In this document: positions 28,682 through 39,103 of the stretch, piece after piece | How positions within the stretch are numbered: position 1 is the first letter of the stretch | Layout of the letters: every line of letters begins with the position of its first letter | DNA from: an uncultured bacterium | Lineage (GTDB): Bacteria > Armatimonadota > SYMT01 | Reading direction: 5' to 3' | NCBI GenBank assembly: GCA_964609085.1 | Contig: CAZSRZ010000012.1 | Location: forward strand, 2,292-66,291 | Length of the DNA: 64,000 nt | Notes under the pieces: model-generated | Databases searched by the model: none | The model's input: only the letters and a program-made list of their open reading frames with translations | Told to the model about the DNA's origin: nothing | Program-made: the position numbers and the translations under genes

Positions 28682-31161
28682 GCCTCTGTCTTGCGACGGG
28701 ACTCCGGATGGTGGGCTTCGCCCTCGCGGTGCTGCCGGCGGCCGGGTCAATCGCGGCCGGTATGCCCCCTTCAGCCATCTCCGAGCTGACGCTCGGGCCT
28801 GGTCCCGTGCTCACGCTGCGGGGGCCGGGAGAGGAAGGTCGTCTCTTCGTCACGGCGAGGCTGTCCGGCGGGCGGACGATCGACGTCACCAGCTCGGCAA
28901 AGCTCACCATCTCCGGCGGGTGCGTGACCCTCCTGCGCGGCAATGAGATCCGCGCTCGCTCCCAGGGCCGGTCCCGCGTGACCGCCGAGTACGGCGGGAG
29001 GCAGTCGAGCGTGCTGGTTCAGGTCGTTTCCCCACGGGAGTGGATTCCTTCCTGGCGGCAGGACGTGCTCCCCGTGCTGAGCCGATCAGGCTGCAACCAG
29101 GGAGCGTGTCACGGGAATAGTCTGGGCAGGGGAGGCTTCCTGCTTTCTCTGAAAGGGGAGGATCCGGATCGGGATCTGGACGTCGTCGCACGGGCAGGAG
29201 GTGGACGTCGGATCGACCGGATTGATCCAGGTCGCAGCCTGCTGCTCCGCAAGAGCGCTGGGCTGGTGCCCCATGGGGGCGGACGTCGATTCGCCCCGGA
29301 CTCCTGGCAATTCCGCGTCCTCGCTCGCTGGATCGGCGCTGGGGCACGCGCGGACGACCTCAGCGCGCCGGCGCTGGTGGGCATCGACGCGACGCCGCGC
29401 GAGGCGATTGTTGAGCAGCCGACCGTCTTTGCTCGCGTCACAGCCACGGCCCGCTATTCGGATGGGTCCCGCCGCGATGTGACGTCGCTCGCCGCCTACC
29501 AGTGCGCCGAGCCTTCCGTGCAGGTCGGCCCTGAGGGCACCGTCGACTGCGATCGCGGGGGCGACGCCCCAATCCTGGTTCGCTTCGCCGACCAGATGAG
29601 CACCGCCCGCATCATCTTCATTCCTCGCCGGCCCCGGGTAGCGTGGACGGCGCCCCCTGCGGCCAACGTGATCGATGAGCTCCAGTACTCTCGCCTGCGT
29701 GCACTGCGGCTGCACCCATCCCCTCCGGCTTCCGACCCCGTGTTTCTGCGGCGGGTGTTTCTCGACACGCTGGGAGTGCTTCCAACCCCTGATGAGGCCA
29801 GGGCATTCCTCGTCGACTCTCGTCCGGATCGTCGGGCTCGGCTTATCGAGAGCCTGCTCACGCGGTCGGAGTTCGACGATTTCTGGGCGATGAAGTGGGG
29901 GGATCTGCTTCGGTCAGAGGAACGGTCGCTGGATCCGACCGGCATCGTCGCCTACAGGGACTACCTGCGCGCCGCTATCTCCCGCCGGATGCCTCTCGAC
30001 CAACTAGCTCGGGAGCTGCTCACGAGTTCCGGGTCGACCTACAAGCAGCCGGCGGCCAACTACTACCGCCGCACGCGCGCGCCCGAGGAGCTAGCCGAGA
30101 CGTCCGCACAGATCTTCATGGGCACGCGGCTCCTGTGCGCACGCTGCCACAACCACCCCACGGAGAAGTGGCGACAGGACGACTACTACGCCCTCGCTGC
30201 CTACTTCGCTCGGGTCGACCGCAAGATCGAGAACCTCACTCGGCGCGACAAGTTCGATCTGCACGAGATGATCGGCGAGGAGATGATCCAGCCGGCCGAG
30301 AAGGGCGAGGTCCGGCATCCCCGGACAAGGGCGGTCGTGGCTCCTCATCTTCCCGGCAGTCCGCCGGATCCACGCCATGAAAACGGGGATCGTCGGGTGC
30401 ACTTTGCCACGTGGCTTACGTCGCCGAGCAATCCCTATTTCTCCCGTGCCCTCGCGAATCGGATCTGGTACCACCTGAACGGCCGCGGGCTCGTCGACGC
30501 AGTGGACGACCTGCGAGAGTCCAACCCGGCGTCCAACCCGGCGCTGCTCGATCGCTTGGCGCTGGAGCTACGACAATCGGGCTACGATCTGCGTGCGCTG
30601 GCACGGCTGATCCTCAACAGCCATACCTACCAGGCCGCGTCCGAGACCACCCCGGCCAACGCCGGGGATGACCGGTTTTTCTCTCACGCCGTCGCCCAGC
30701 GGGTTCCGGCTGAGGTCCTGTTGGACGCGATCGCGCAGGTCACCGGCGTGCCCGAGGCGTACGCGGGATTTCCGCCAGGCACACGAGCGACCCAACTCCC
30801 GGCCGTCCGCACTCGAAACCCGTTCCTGCTCCTCTTCGGCCAACCGACCCGGGAGACGGTCTGCGAGTGCGATCGGACCAGCGATACGACGCTCGGCCAG
30901 TCCTTTGCCCTCCTCAGCGGTGACGTCATCGACAGCAGGGTCCGACGCAAGGATAATCGGTTAGGTGCCCTGATCAGCCTCGGCAAGGACGACACTGCCA
31001 TCATCGAGGAGCTCTACCTTGCCGCCTACGCCCGGTTCCCCGACGCGGCCGAGATGAAGACAGCGCTGGGGTTCCTGCAGCAGAAGAGCGATCGGCGATC
31101 CGCCCTTGAGGACCTGTTGTGGGCGATCCTGAACAGTTCGCAATTCTTGCTTCGAAGGTAG
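28678..31161 (+). CDS. PSCyt2/DUF1549/DUF1553 protein with Ig-like N-terminal domain
   Basis: After the signal peptide comes 'CNQGACHGN' (PSCyt2-type). DUF1549 is shown by 'FLRRVFLDTLGVLPTPDEARAFLVDS' and DUF1553 by 'NRIWYHLNGRGLVDAVDDLRESNPASNPALLDRLA'. Confidence 0.75.
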   Translation: MSLCLATGLRMVGFALAVLPAAGSIAAGMPPSAISELTLGPGPVLTLRGPGEEGRLFVTARLSGGRTIDVTSSAKLTISGGCVTLLRGNEIRARSQGRSRVTAEYGGRQSSVLVQVVSPREWIPSWRQDVLPVLSRSGCNQGACHGNSLGRGGFLLSLKGEDPDRDLDVVARAGGGRRIDRIDPGRSLLLRKSAGLVPHGGGRRFAPDSWQFRVLARWIGAGARADDLSAPALVGIDATPREAIVEQPTVFARVTATARYSDGSRRDVTSLAAYQCAEPSVQVGPEGTVDCDRGGDAPILVRFADQMSTARIIFIPRRPRVAWTAPPAANVIDELQYSRLRALRLHPSPPASDPVFLRRVFLDTLGVLPTPDEARAFLVDSRPDRRARLIESLLTRSEFDDFWAMKWGDLLRSEERSLDPTGIVAYRDYLRAAISRRMPLDQLARELLTSSGSTYKQPAANYYRRTRAPEELAETSAQIFMGTRLLCARCHNHPTEKWRQDDYYALAAYFARVDRKIENLTRRDKFDLHEMIGEEMIQPAEKGEVRHPRTRAVVAPHLPGSPPDPRHENGDRRVHFATWLTSPSNPYFSRALANRIWYHLNGRGLVDAVDDLRESNPASNPALLDRLALELRQSGYDLRALARLILNSHTYQAASETTPANAGDDRFFSHAVAQRVPAEVLLDAIAQVTGVPEAYAGFPPGTRATQLPAVRTRNPFLLLFGQPTRETVCECDRTSDTTLGQSFALLSGDVIDSRVRRKDNRLGALISLGKDDTAIIEELYLAAYARFPDAAEMKTALGFLQQKSDRRSALEDLLWAILNSSQFLLRR

Positions 31162-31183
31162 CCCGGTAAACTGGAGTGACAGC

Positions 31184-32551
31184 GTGAAGTATTCAGCCGG
31201 GCAAGCCCACACTGCCTCTTCGCCGCGATGGAGCCGCCGTGATCTTCTCACGGCCGGCAGCCTCGGGGCGCTCGGTTGCAGCCTGCCCGGGATTCTGGCG
31301 GCCGAAGCGGCGGGGCTGCGAGCCGGCGCAACGGCAAAATCAGTGATTTTGCTCTTTCAGTGGGGGGGACCGAGTCACCTCGAGACATTCGACATGAAGC
31401 CCACGGGGGATGAGAATGCTCGGGGCCAGTTCCGGCCGATTGGGTCCTCGCTGCCCGGGGTTCAGGTGTGCGAACACCTGCCGCGCTTCGCGCAGGTGAT
31501 GGATCGGGTCACGCTGGTTCGCTCGGTCTCGCACCAGTTCAAGAATCATAACCCGCCCGGCTACTACGCCTTGAGCGGCCACGCTCCCCCATTGGATGAC
31601 CAGCGCTTGCGCGACACGCCGGAACTCTTCCCTCACGTGGGCTCGGTGCTCTCGAAACTGTATCCGTCGCCGTCAGATGTTCCGAGTTTCGTCGCCATGC
31701 CGGCCCGGATCCGAGACGGAAGCGTCGTGCCCGGCCAACACGCCAGCTTCCTGGGAAAGCAGCACGACCCCCTGTTGATCCTCAACGATCCGAACGGCAA
31801 GGATTTCCGATTGCCTGAGCTGAGCCTGCCGGCCGCGTTGACTCCCGAAAGGCTGGACGATCGTCGCACCCTGCTGCGAGCCCTGGACCGGCGGCAGCGG
31901 CTGGCCGAGAAACTGCCTGCCGCCCAGGGAGTCGAGGCCTACCAGGAGCGGGCCTTCGCGATGCTCTCATCCCCGAAGGTCAAGCAGGCATTCGACTTGA
32001 GCCGGGAGGCTGCAGCGACGCGGGATGCCTACGGACGCACCACCTTCGGGCAATCCACGTTGCTGGCTCGGCGGCTCGTGGAGGCCGGCGTACGGCTGGT
32101 AACCGCCTACTACTGCAATCCGGGCGGGGGGTTCATCTGGGACACCCATGAGAACAATTTTCCGGAATTGAAATCCAAATTGCTCCCCACAACGGACCAA
32201 ACCGTGCCCACACTGCTTCGAGATCTCGAAGATCGAGGACTTCTGCAGGAGACCCTCGTCATCTGGATGGGCGAATTCGGTCGCACTCCGAAGATCAACG
32301 ACAAGGCCGGACGTGATCACTGGCCGGACTGCTACAGCCTGATCATGGCCGGGGGCGGAATGAAGCGCGGGTTCGTCTATGGTGCCTCTGACCCCGCGGG
32401 AGCTTACCCGATCGAGAACCCGGTCCGCCCCGAGAACATTGCCGGGACACTTTACCGCGCCCTTGGCCTCGACCCGCACACCGAGGTGCGTGACCTCACC
32501 AACCGCCCGTTCCCGATTGGGGGCGATGCCGTTGCCGACCTCTTCGCATGA
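31184..32551 (+). CDS. DUF1501 protein
   Basis: Motifs 'VILLFQWGGPSHLETFDMKP', 'GRDHWPDCYSLIMAGGGM' and a Tat-like 'SRRDLLTAGSLGALG' are present. Confidence 0.8.
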   Translation: MKYSAGQAHTASSPRWSRRDLLTAGSLGALGCSLPGILAAEAAGLRAGATAKSVILLFQWGGPSHLETFDMKPTGDENARGQFRPIGSSLPGVQVCEHLPRFAQVMDRVTLVRSVSHQFKNHNPPGYYALSGHAPPLDDQRLRDTPELFPHVGSVLSKLYPSPSDVPSFVAMPARIRDGSVVPGQHASFLGKQHDPLLILNDPNGKDFRLPELSLPAALTPERLDDRRTLLRALDRRQRLAEKLPAAQGVEAYQERAFAMLSSPKVKQAFDLSREAAATRDAYGRTTFGQSTLLARRLVEAGVRLVTAYYCNPGGGFIWDTHENNFPELKSKLLPTTDQTVPTLLRDLEDRGLLQETLVIWMGEFGRTPKINDKAGRDHWPDCYSLIMAGGGMKRGFVYGASDPAGAYPIENPVRPENIAGTLYRALGLDPHTEVRDLTNRPFPIGGDAVADLFA

Positions 32552-34329
32552 GGCGGCGGTCGCACGGGATTCAGCGGCGGTGGGCTGCGGCTGCGTTGGT
32601 GTTTGCTTTCTCCGTGGCGGCGGGGGCCGGCTACGCCGGTCTGCCGCCTGCGGCGGCGCGGTCAGTGCAGCGAGCATTCCCCGTGGCGCTGGCTGCTTCA
32701 CCGGACGGTCGACATCTCTACGTAGCCGAGAGCGGGCTCGACAGCGTCGCGGAAATCGACACCGCGCGCCGGGCCGTGACACGACGGCTGCGCGTCGGGG
32801 GTTCGCCGGTCGCCATCGCTCTCTCGGGCGATGGCCGTCGCCTCGTCTGCTGCATCGCCAGGCCGAGTTCTCTGACGATCATCGGCTTGCCCGGGGGGGC
32901 TATCGAAAAATCCTTGCCGCTCCCGGGTAGCCCCCAGGCCATTCGGATTGCTCCGGAGGGCGACCGCGCGTACGTTGCGCTTTCAACGCTCAACAGTGCG
33001 GTGGCGGTGAAGCTGGCGACCAGTGAAGTGGTGGGATCAGCACCTGTGGGTCGCCGACCTGTCGCACTCGATCTGGACTCGGACGGTGCGCGGATGGTTG
33101 TGGCGTCGGCCGCGGATGGCACGCTCTCCATCATCGAGACCGAGTCGATGCGTGAGACGGACCGGTTCAAGCTGAAGGGTATCAACGCCCGAGGAGTGCG
33201 CCTGACCCCTGGCGGGACGGAGGCGTACGCCGTGTGCATGCCCGCGTTCAACCAGCGCCCCGCTGCCGAAAGCAAGGAACTCTGGCACAACCTGATCCAG
33301 GGCGTTTCGCTCGATGTCAGCCCGCCGCGGAGCGTCGAGGACCAGTGGATCGACTTCTCCATCGGGCACATCTCCGGCGAGATCCTGGGTGAAGCGGATC
33401 CGATGGATCTGGTGATCAACTCGGACGCCACGATTGCCTGGATTGCCGTGGGCGGACGAGATGTCGTCACACGCATCAGCATTCACGACCGTCGGCGTAC
33501 GGCGATCTGGCCTTTCTTCCAGGACGAGACGCCGGTGGGAGCCAATCCGAGGGCCCTCGCGCTCAGCCCGGACGGAAAGACCTTATGGGTAGCCTGCATG
33601 CTGGACGACACCATCCGCGCCGTGGATGCCGTGCGCGGGACGGAGCTTGCCGTCATTCGTCTTGCCGAGTCGCCGGTCGATGAGGTCTTGCGCGGGTTGC
33701 GACTCTTCTACTCTGCGGCCCACAGCCCCCATCGACGATTTAGCTGCGCCTCCTGCCACCCGGATGGCGCATCGGACGGGCTCACCTGGCGGTTCGTTCA
33801 CGTTTCGGATGGCGTGGAGCAGCGGAACACCCGCGATCTGCGGGGAGGGATCCTGGCCACGGGTCCATTCCGATGGTCCGGCCATGATGAGCGCGTTGCT
33901 GCGTTTGTGGCCGACGAAATTCGGGGGCTGTTTGCCGGTCCGCCATTACCCGCCCCCGACGTTGCAGCGCTCTCGGAAGCGCTCGACACACTACGGATGC
34001 CCGAAAACCCGCATCGTTCCCCTGGCGGCGGCATGAGCCCAGAAGCCCGATCCGGCGGCGTTGTCTTCAATCGGGCAGGATGTGGTCAGTGTCACGCGGG
34101 CTCCCGCGGCGGTGGAACCGGCCTGAGAGCCGATGTCGGCACAGGCGGCACCTTTGATGTTCCCCATCTGACCGGGCTGTTCGACGGGGCACCGTATCTG
34201 CATGACGGTCGAGCGCGGACGATCGGCGACATCATGACCCAGCCTGGTCTGGGCGTGCACCAGGATCGATTCCGCCTACTCTCGCCGGGGGATCAATCCG
34301 CCCTGATCCGCTATCTGTTTGAGTTCTGA
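32548..34329 (+). CDS. YVTN-type beta-propeller fused to di-haem c-type cytochrome (CCP/MauG-like) domain
   Basis: It has a signal peptide and repeated 'SPDGR.LYVA'/'SGDGRRLV'/'SPDGKTLWVA' blades. Two CxxCH motifs ('CASCHPDG', 'CGQCHAG') lie in the C-terminal half. Confidence 0.6.
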   Translation: MRRRSHGIQRRWAAAALVFAFSVAAGAGYAGLPPAAARSVQRAFPVALAASPDGRHLYVAESGLDSVAEIDTARRAVTRRLRVGGSPVAIALSGDGRRLVCCIARPSSLTIIGLPGGAIEKSLPLPGSPQAIRIAPEGDRAYVALSTLNSAVAVKLATSEVVGSAPVGRRPVALDLDSDGARMVVASAADGTLSIIETESMRETDRFKLKGINARGVRLTPGGTEAYAVCMPAFNQRPAAESKELWHNLIQGVSLDVSPPRSVEDQWIDFSIGHISGEILGEADPMDLVINSDATIAWIAVGGRDVVTRISIHDRRRTAIWPFFQDETPVGANPRALALSPDGKTLWVACMLDDTIRAVDAVRGTELAVIRLAESPVDEVLRGLRLFYSAAHSPHRRFSCASCHPDGASDGLTWRFVHVSDGVEQRNTRDLRGGILATGPFRWSGHDERVAAFVADEIRGLFAGPPLPAPDVAALSEALDTLRMPENPHRSPGGGMSPEARSGGVVFNRAGCGQCHAGSRGGGTGLRADVGTGGTFDVPHLTGLFDGAPYLHDGRARTIGDIMTQPGLGVHQDRFRLLSPGDQSALIRYLFEF

Positions 34330-34335
34330 CCGACG

Positions 34336-36234
34336 TCAGGCCGGGTGGGTGTCGGCCGGCCGGGAGCGGATCAGTCGGCGAACGGTGGTCTGACCGCTTT
34401 GCGGAGCGCGGCTGTGGATGTAGGAGAGCACCATCGACGGGACGCGGACCGCCGGCTGGAACCGGTCGATGTGCAGCACGCCCGGGTTCGGCGTCAGGAC
34501 AGGTTGCCCCGGATCACGCCCGATGCCTCCACCCGTCAGGATGAGTAGGTAGTCACCCTCCGGGACTCTGCTGAACTGCCATCGCCCCCGGGCGTCCGTG
34601 TAGGTGAGATCCAGGACGTGTCGCCAACTCGCCGGACCCCGGATGCCGATCAAGTCCCCGGCGCGATCAAGCGGAACGAGCCCGAGCCGCACCCCTTCCT
34701 GACGGACGCCAGGCACGCGCAATTCTCCCTGGACGGTCCCCGACACAAGCGGTGCGATGCCGGCCAGCAGGGGTAGAGTCTCCCGATCCTGCCCACGGAC
34801 ACCAAGCAGATAGCTGCGGGACTTCTTCAGATCGCCGTACCGTCGATAGAGGCGCCCCAGCCAGACGGCGCCGCGAGGTTGCGGCAACCGGAACCGGCTT
34901 GGGTCGGCAAGTCGATCGAGCACAGCCCGCGACTCCCGAGTGACAGGCGAGGCCTCGAGTTTTTCGAGAAGCAGTCGCACGGTGAGGGGGGAGGGTGAAC
35001 GCTCCAGGCATTCCAGCGTCGTCCGCAGGTTCAGTGTCGACAGCCAGTCCAGGGAGGCGCAGGCCTGCAGATGGAAGAAAGCTCGATCCGCCAGCCCCGA
35101 GCGTGCGCCGTGCTGCCGCAGGTACTCCTCAACCGCCCTGACGGAAGTGCCCGAGCAAGCCACGCGGTCACGTCCATTCCCGTCATCCGATCCATCGTCC
35201 GGACTGCTGGGTGCAACCCGGTCCCCGGGCACGGCGATCAACGCGTACCTCCGCAGCGGGGATGGGGGGAGGTTCAACCGGCGGGCCAGCCCCGCCCCCA
35301 CGTCCAGGGAGCGGAGCGCCGCGGCGGAGCGATCTGCCCCGAAGCAGCCCAGTCCGCACGCCATCAGGGCGCCGATGACGTAGAGGTGACGGGGAGTGGT
35401 TTCGACCCTGCCGGGACGGAAGACAAAGGTGACGAGCGTTAGATAGATCATCCCGGCGGCAGGCAACGCGACCGCAGCGATCAACAGCCCTACCCACCCC
35501 TGCCGATCGGCAAGACTGTACGCGGTTGCGGCGGCAGTCAGACCCGGGCGGGGGAGGTAGAGCGCTGCGACGCCCGGCACGGCTGCCAGACCGGCAGCCG
35601 CACCCCAGAAGAAGGTGTCCCCCGGGTTCGGGACGGGTTGAGACTGCTCCCGCATGATTCCGATCGGCCCCCAGATCAGCCAGAGTACCAGAAACAGACA
35701 GAGGGAGAGCAGCAAGACACTCAGCGGTCCAACGCTGCTGCCGACCCACGCCGGCAGGCCACCCAGAAGTCGGGTGAGACTGACCGATCCTCGCACCGGC
35801 CCGGAGAGAACCTGACCGATGGGCGCGAGCGCCCCGGCCAGCCAGAGCGTCAGGAGTGCGCCGAGGCCTCCCCTAAGGAGTTTAGGAACATCCACGTGGC
35901 TTCTGGGGGCGGGTGACCCATCCGGTAGAAAGCGGCGCCGGAGGCTGAACCCGGGGATGAGTGCGCGCACGAGCCAGAGGCAGACGAGCAGGATCAACAC
36001 AAGCGACGCCGCCACGATCAGTCGCTCCAGGTCGTCCAGGCTCCTCCCCAGCCGGTGAAGGCGATCCCACCAGAGGGTGGAGATGGGCCGCGGTAATCCC
36101 GTGAATGCCTCAATGCGCTGGAGAGGGAACGCCAGCAGTGAGCGCAGCACCGGAAGGCCGAGCGTAAAGCCCAGCATGGCTGCAGTCACTGGGGCAAGGA
36201 GCAGATCGACCCGCCGGTCGCGGGAGAAACTCAT
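34336..36234 (-). CDS. polytopic membrane protein with C-terminal carboxypeptidase-regulatory-like beta-sandwich
   Basis: About 10 hydrophobic helices fill the N-terminal two-thirds. The C-terminus 'DARGRWQFSRVPEGDYLLIL' resembles the CarboxypepD_reg fold. No catalytic motif was recognised. Confidence 0.45.
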   Translation of the reverse strand: MSFSRDRRVDLLLAPVTAAMLGFTLGLPVLRSLLAFPLQRIEAFTGLPRPISTLWWDRLHRLGRSLDDLERLIVAASLVLILLVCLWLVRALIPGFSLRRRFLPDGSPAPRSHVDVPKLLRGGLGALLTLWLAGALAPIGQVLSGPVRGSVSLTRLLGGLPAWVGSSVGPLSVLLLSLCLFLVLWLIWGPIGIMREQSQPVPNPGDTFFWGAAAGLAAVPGVAALYLPRPGLTAAATAYSLADRQGWVGLLIAAVALPAAGMIYLTLVTFVFRPGRVETTPRHLYVIGALMACGLGCFGADRSAAALRSLDVGAGLARRLNLPPSPLRRYALIAVPGDRVAPSSPDDGSDDGNGRDRVACSGTSVRAVEEYLRQHGARSGLADRAFFHLQACASLDWLSTLNLRTTLECLERSPSPLTVRLLLEKLEASPVTRESRAVLDRLADPSRFRLPQPRGAVWLGRLYRRYGDLKKSRSYLLGVRGQDRETLPLLAGIAPLVSGTVQGELRVPGVRQEGVRLGLVPLDRAGDLIGIRGPASWRHVLDLTYTDARGRWQFSRVPEGDYLLILTGGGIGRDPGQPVLTPNPGVLHIDRFQPAVRVPSMVLSYIHSRAPQSGQTTVRRLIRSRPADTHPA

Positions 36235-37835
36235 ACTGGACCGGAACTGCCCCCACTCTGACTGGGCTGGAGCGGCAGCCAGACGTGGAAGTGGCTGCCC
36301 TTGCCGAAGTCACTCTCGACCCACAGCCGGCCTCCGTGGCCCTCAACCATGTGCTTGGTCAGCCACAGACCCAGGCCGGTGCCTTTGATGCCGGAATGGG
36401 ATTGGCCTTCCACCCGGAAGAACTGGCTGAACATCTTCCCGACTTGCTCGGGCGGAATGCCGAGCCCCTGATCGCTGACGCAAATGTCAATGCCATCATC
36501 TTGCAAGCGACCGGCAATCCGGACTTCGCCGCCGTTCGGGGAGTACTTCAGGGCGTTGCCGACCAGATTGTGGAGGATCTGCACCACCTTGGCTTCGTCT
36601 GCTTGCACCATCGGGAAATCCTCAGGCACGTCCACTACGAGACGATGCTGGGTTTTCATGATGGAGCTTTGCTTCTGGAGCCGAACAACCTGCTGGATGA
36701 CGCTCTCCAGGCTCATGGCGGCAAAGTGGAATTGCAGGCCACGGCCGTTCTGGATGCGAGCGATGTTGAGTTGCTCGTCAATCATGCCGCCCAGACGCTC
36801 TGCCTCTGTATCCACAATTTGAAGGAACTCTTCCTGAGTGGGCCAGTCAAAGGTGCCTTCCCCCGCCTGGATCAGGGTGGCGACGAAGCCGCGGATCGAC
36901 GTGAGCGGCGTGCGCAATTCGTGACTGATCATGTCCACGAACGCGGACATCATCCGCTCCGCCTGACGGATGTCCGTCACGTTCTCGAACACCGTGACCC
37001 AGCCGAGCGACTGGTTGTCTTCGGAACGGATCTGATCCACCTGCACGCGGTAGATTCGCTCTTCCCGGCCTTCCGGTCCCTGCACCCACAGGGTCAGCTC
37101 CGTCGGCTCTTCGGGAGGGGACCCGCCGAGGGCATCCTCGATGATGCAGCCGATCTCTGTGTTGGAGACAATTTCGTGGAAATTACGCCCAAACCAACCT
37201 TCGCGCGAGATGCCCAATGCGCGCCGAGCCGCCGCATTCACCTGCGTGACGGTCCCCTTCGGCGAAACGGCCATCAGTCCCACCGAGGTGCTCTCGATGA
37301 TGGACATGATGCGCGTACTGCGCTCGACTTCCTTCCAGTAAAGCTGGCTGGTGACGAGAACGGCCGAGGCCTGCTTGGCCATGATTCCGGCCAGGCGCAC
37401 GTCTTCCTGGTCGAATGCCCGCCCGTAATACTTGTCGAAGGCGCACAGCACACCCATGACGCTGCGATCGACGACCTCGTTGTTCTCGTCCTTGCGCTCG
37501 ATCGCCAGCGGCACGCCGACGGCGTTCCCGACCTCGAGGGCTTTGAACAGGTCGGCGTCGACCGCTCCCTCTTGCTCCTGATCGAGCAGCACCGCGCGAT
37601 CCTGCAGGACGGTCAGCCCCAGCGTGGTGCCGGTGACGGGGAATTCCGTCCCGTTCACACGGCTATCAGGGAAGCCCGCGAATGGCCGCATGGCGGTAAG
37701 CACGTTGCGGTCTCGATCCCAGACGAAGACGCCACATCCCCGTGCCTGGAGCAACGAGGCCGTCTTGTTCAGGATGCGCAGCAGAGTGTCGGTGTCGCTG
37801 TGCGCGGTATGAAGCCCAGCATCCCCCTCGAGCAA
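36231..37835 (-). CDS. sensor histidine kinase with GAF and PAS domains (no cognate response regulator nearby)
   Basis: The HisKA motif is 'ISHELRTPLTSIRGFV' and the HATPase_c motifs are 'GTGLGLWLTKHMVEGHGGRLWVESDFGKGSHFHVWLP'. A GAF-like N-terminus and a PAS region lie upstream. Confidence 0.8.
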   Translation of the reverse strand: MLEGDAGLHTAHSDTDTLLRILNKTASLLQARGCGVFVWDRDRNVLTAMRPFAGFPDSRVNGTEFPVTGTTLGLTVLQDRAVLLDQEQEGAVDADLFKALEVGNAVGVPLAIERKDENNEVVDRSVMGVLCAFDKYYGRAFDQEDVRLAGIMAKQASAVLVTSQLYWKEVERSTRIMSIIESTSVGLMAVSPKGTVTQVNAAARRALGISREGWFGRNFHEIVSNTEIGCIIEDALGGSPPEEPTELTLWVQGPEGREERIYRVQVDQIRSEDNQSLGWVTVFENVTDIRQAERMMSAFVDMISHELRTPLTSIRGFVATLIQAGEGTFDWPTQEEFLQIVDTEAERLGGMIDEQLNIARIQNGRGLQFHFAAMSLESVIQQVVRLQKQSSIMKTQHRLVVDVPEDFPMVQADEAKVVQILHNLVGNALKYSPNGGEVRIAGRLQDDGIDICVSDQGLGIPPEQVGKMFSQFFRVEGQSHSGIKGTGLGLWLTKHMVEGHGGRLWVESDFGKGSHFHVWLPLQPSQSGGSSGPV

Positions 37836-37943
37836 CGGAAACCTCCCCGGTCAGGGTGACGACCCATGAGCCAACGCCGGCTGAAGGCGGGCCGTCAGGG
37901 CATGATACTCCGCGGCTGTGTTCAAATCCTGTTGCGGTTGCCG

Positions 37944-39050
37944 TTACTCTCGACCAAGTTGACGGCGCAGCCCCGACAAGGGGTCTTCCGGGGCGGGAGC
38001 CAGGCGTTCCACCGCTGCCTGGAGGGCTCCCGCAATCGTACGGAAGGCCTGCGCCTGACCGCTCTCCGGCGCGGCCAGGACAGTCGGAACGCCCTGATCT
38101 CCGTGCGCAACCGTCGACGGATCGAGAGGAACGCTGCCCAAGAATTCGGTCCCCAGACGAGCCGCGGCGGCCTCACTACCTCCTCCGGAGAATATGGCCG
38201 TCCCCACACCGCAATGCGGGCAGATGAAAGTGTCCATGTTGCCGACCACACCCAGGATGGGGACATCGAGCCGGCGGAACATCCCGACCGCCTTGGCGGC
38301 GATGTTTACGGCGACATCCTGGCTCGTCATGACGACGATGGCTCCCGTGAGGGGCACGCTCTGCGCCAGGGTAAGCTGGGCGTCGCCCGTCCCCGGCGGG
38401 AGGTCAACCAGCAGATAGTCCAACTCTCCCCAGTCGCAGTCGGCAAGCATCTGCCGGACAGCGCCGCCCACCATCGGTCCCCGCCAGATGACATGGCTGG
38501 AGTCGTCGGGCATCAGAAAACCGAGCGACATCAGTCGGACGCCGTGCTGTTCGAGGGGGACGATCTTGCCCGCGCGGATCACCGGCTGCCGACGTACTCC
38601 CATCATCATGGGGATGCTTGGACCGTACACGTCGGCGTCCAGCAACCCTGTGCGGGCACCGGCAAGGGCAAGCGCCACCGCCAGATTGACCGCAACAGTC
38701 GACTTGCCCACCCCGCCCTTGCCACTACCGACGGCGATCACGTAGCGCACTCCGGGCAGCAGGCGCGTCGTCGGTGACGGGTCCGCGGTTGACGTTCCGG
38801 CCTGAACGGGCCGGACCTCGATGTGCGTGACCCCCGGAACTGTCAACACAGCCTGGCGACATGCCTCGGCGAGCATTCGCGCGGATGGGGCTCCCGGGTC
38901 CGCCAGCACGAGGCTGAACGCCACATTCCCATCGCACACTTTCACGTCGCGGATCAGTCCCAGCGCGACGATGTCCTTGCGAGCCTGCTGTTCGACGATC
39001 GTCGCCAGCGCTCGCAGGATTGATTCCTCCGTCACCTGTGTTTCACTCAT
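37944..39050 (-). CDS. apbC: Mrp/NBP35-family Fe-S cluster carrier ATPase (ApbC)
   Basis: 'VIAVGSGKGGVGKSTVAVNLAVALA' is a deviant Walker A. A 'CPHCG' cysteine pair and an N-terminal DUF59-like region are also present. Confidence 0.85.
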   Translation of the reverse strand: MSETQVTEESILRALATIVEQQARKDIVALGLIRDVKVCDGNVAFSLVLADPGAPSARMLAEACRQAVLTVPGVTHIEVRPVQAGTSTADPSPTTRLLPGVRYVIAVGSGKGGVGKSTVAVNLAVALALAGARTGLLDADVYGPSIPMMMGVRRQPVIRAGKIVPLEQHGVRLMSLGFLMPDDSSHVIWRGPMVGGAVRQMLADCDWGELDYLLVDLPPGTGDAQLTLAQSVPLTGAIVVMTSQDVAVNIAAKAVGMFRRLDVPILGVVGNMDTFICPHCGVGTAIFSGGGSEAAAARLGTEFLGSVPLDPSTVAHGDQGVPTVLAAPESGQAQAFRTIAGALQAAVERLAPAPEDPLSGLRRQLGRE

Positions 39051-39103
39051 CCCGGCTCCTTCGTCGCCCGATCATCGCGCGGGAATCTCCCGCTCAAGGG
39101 CAT

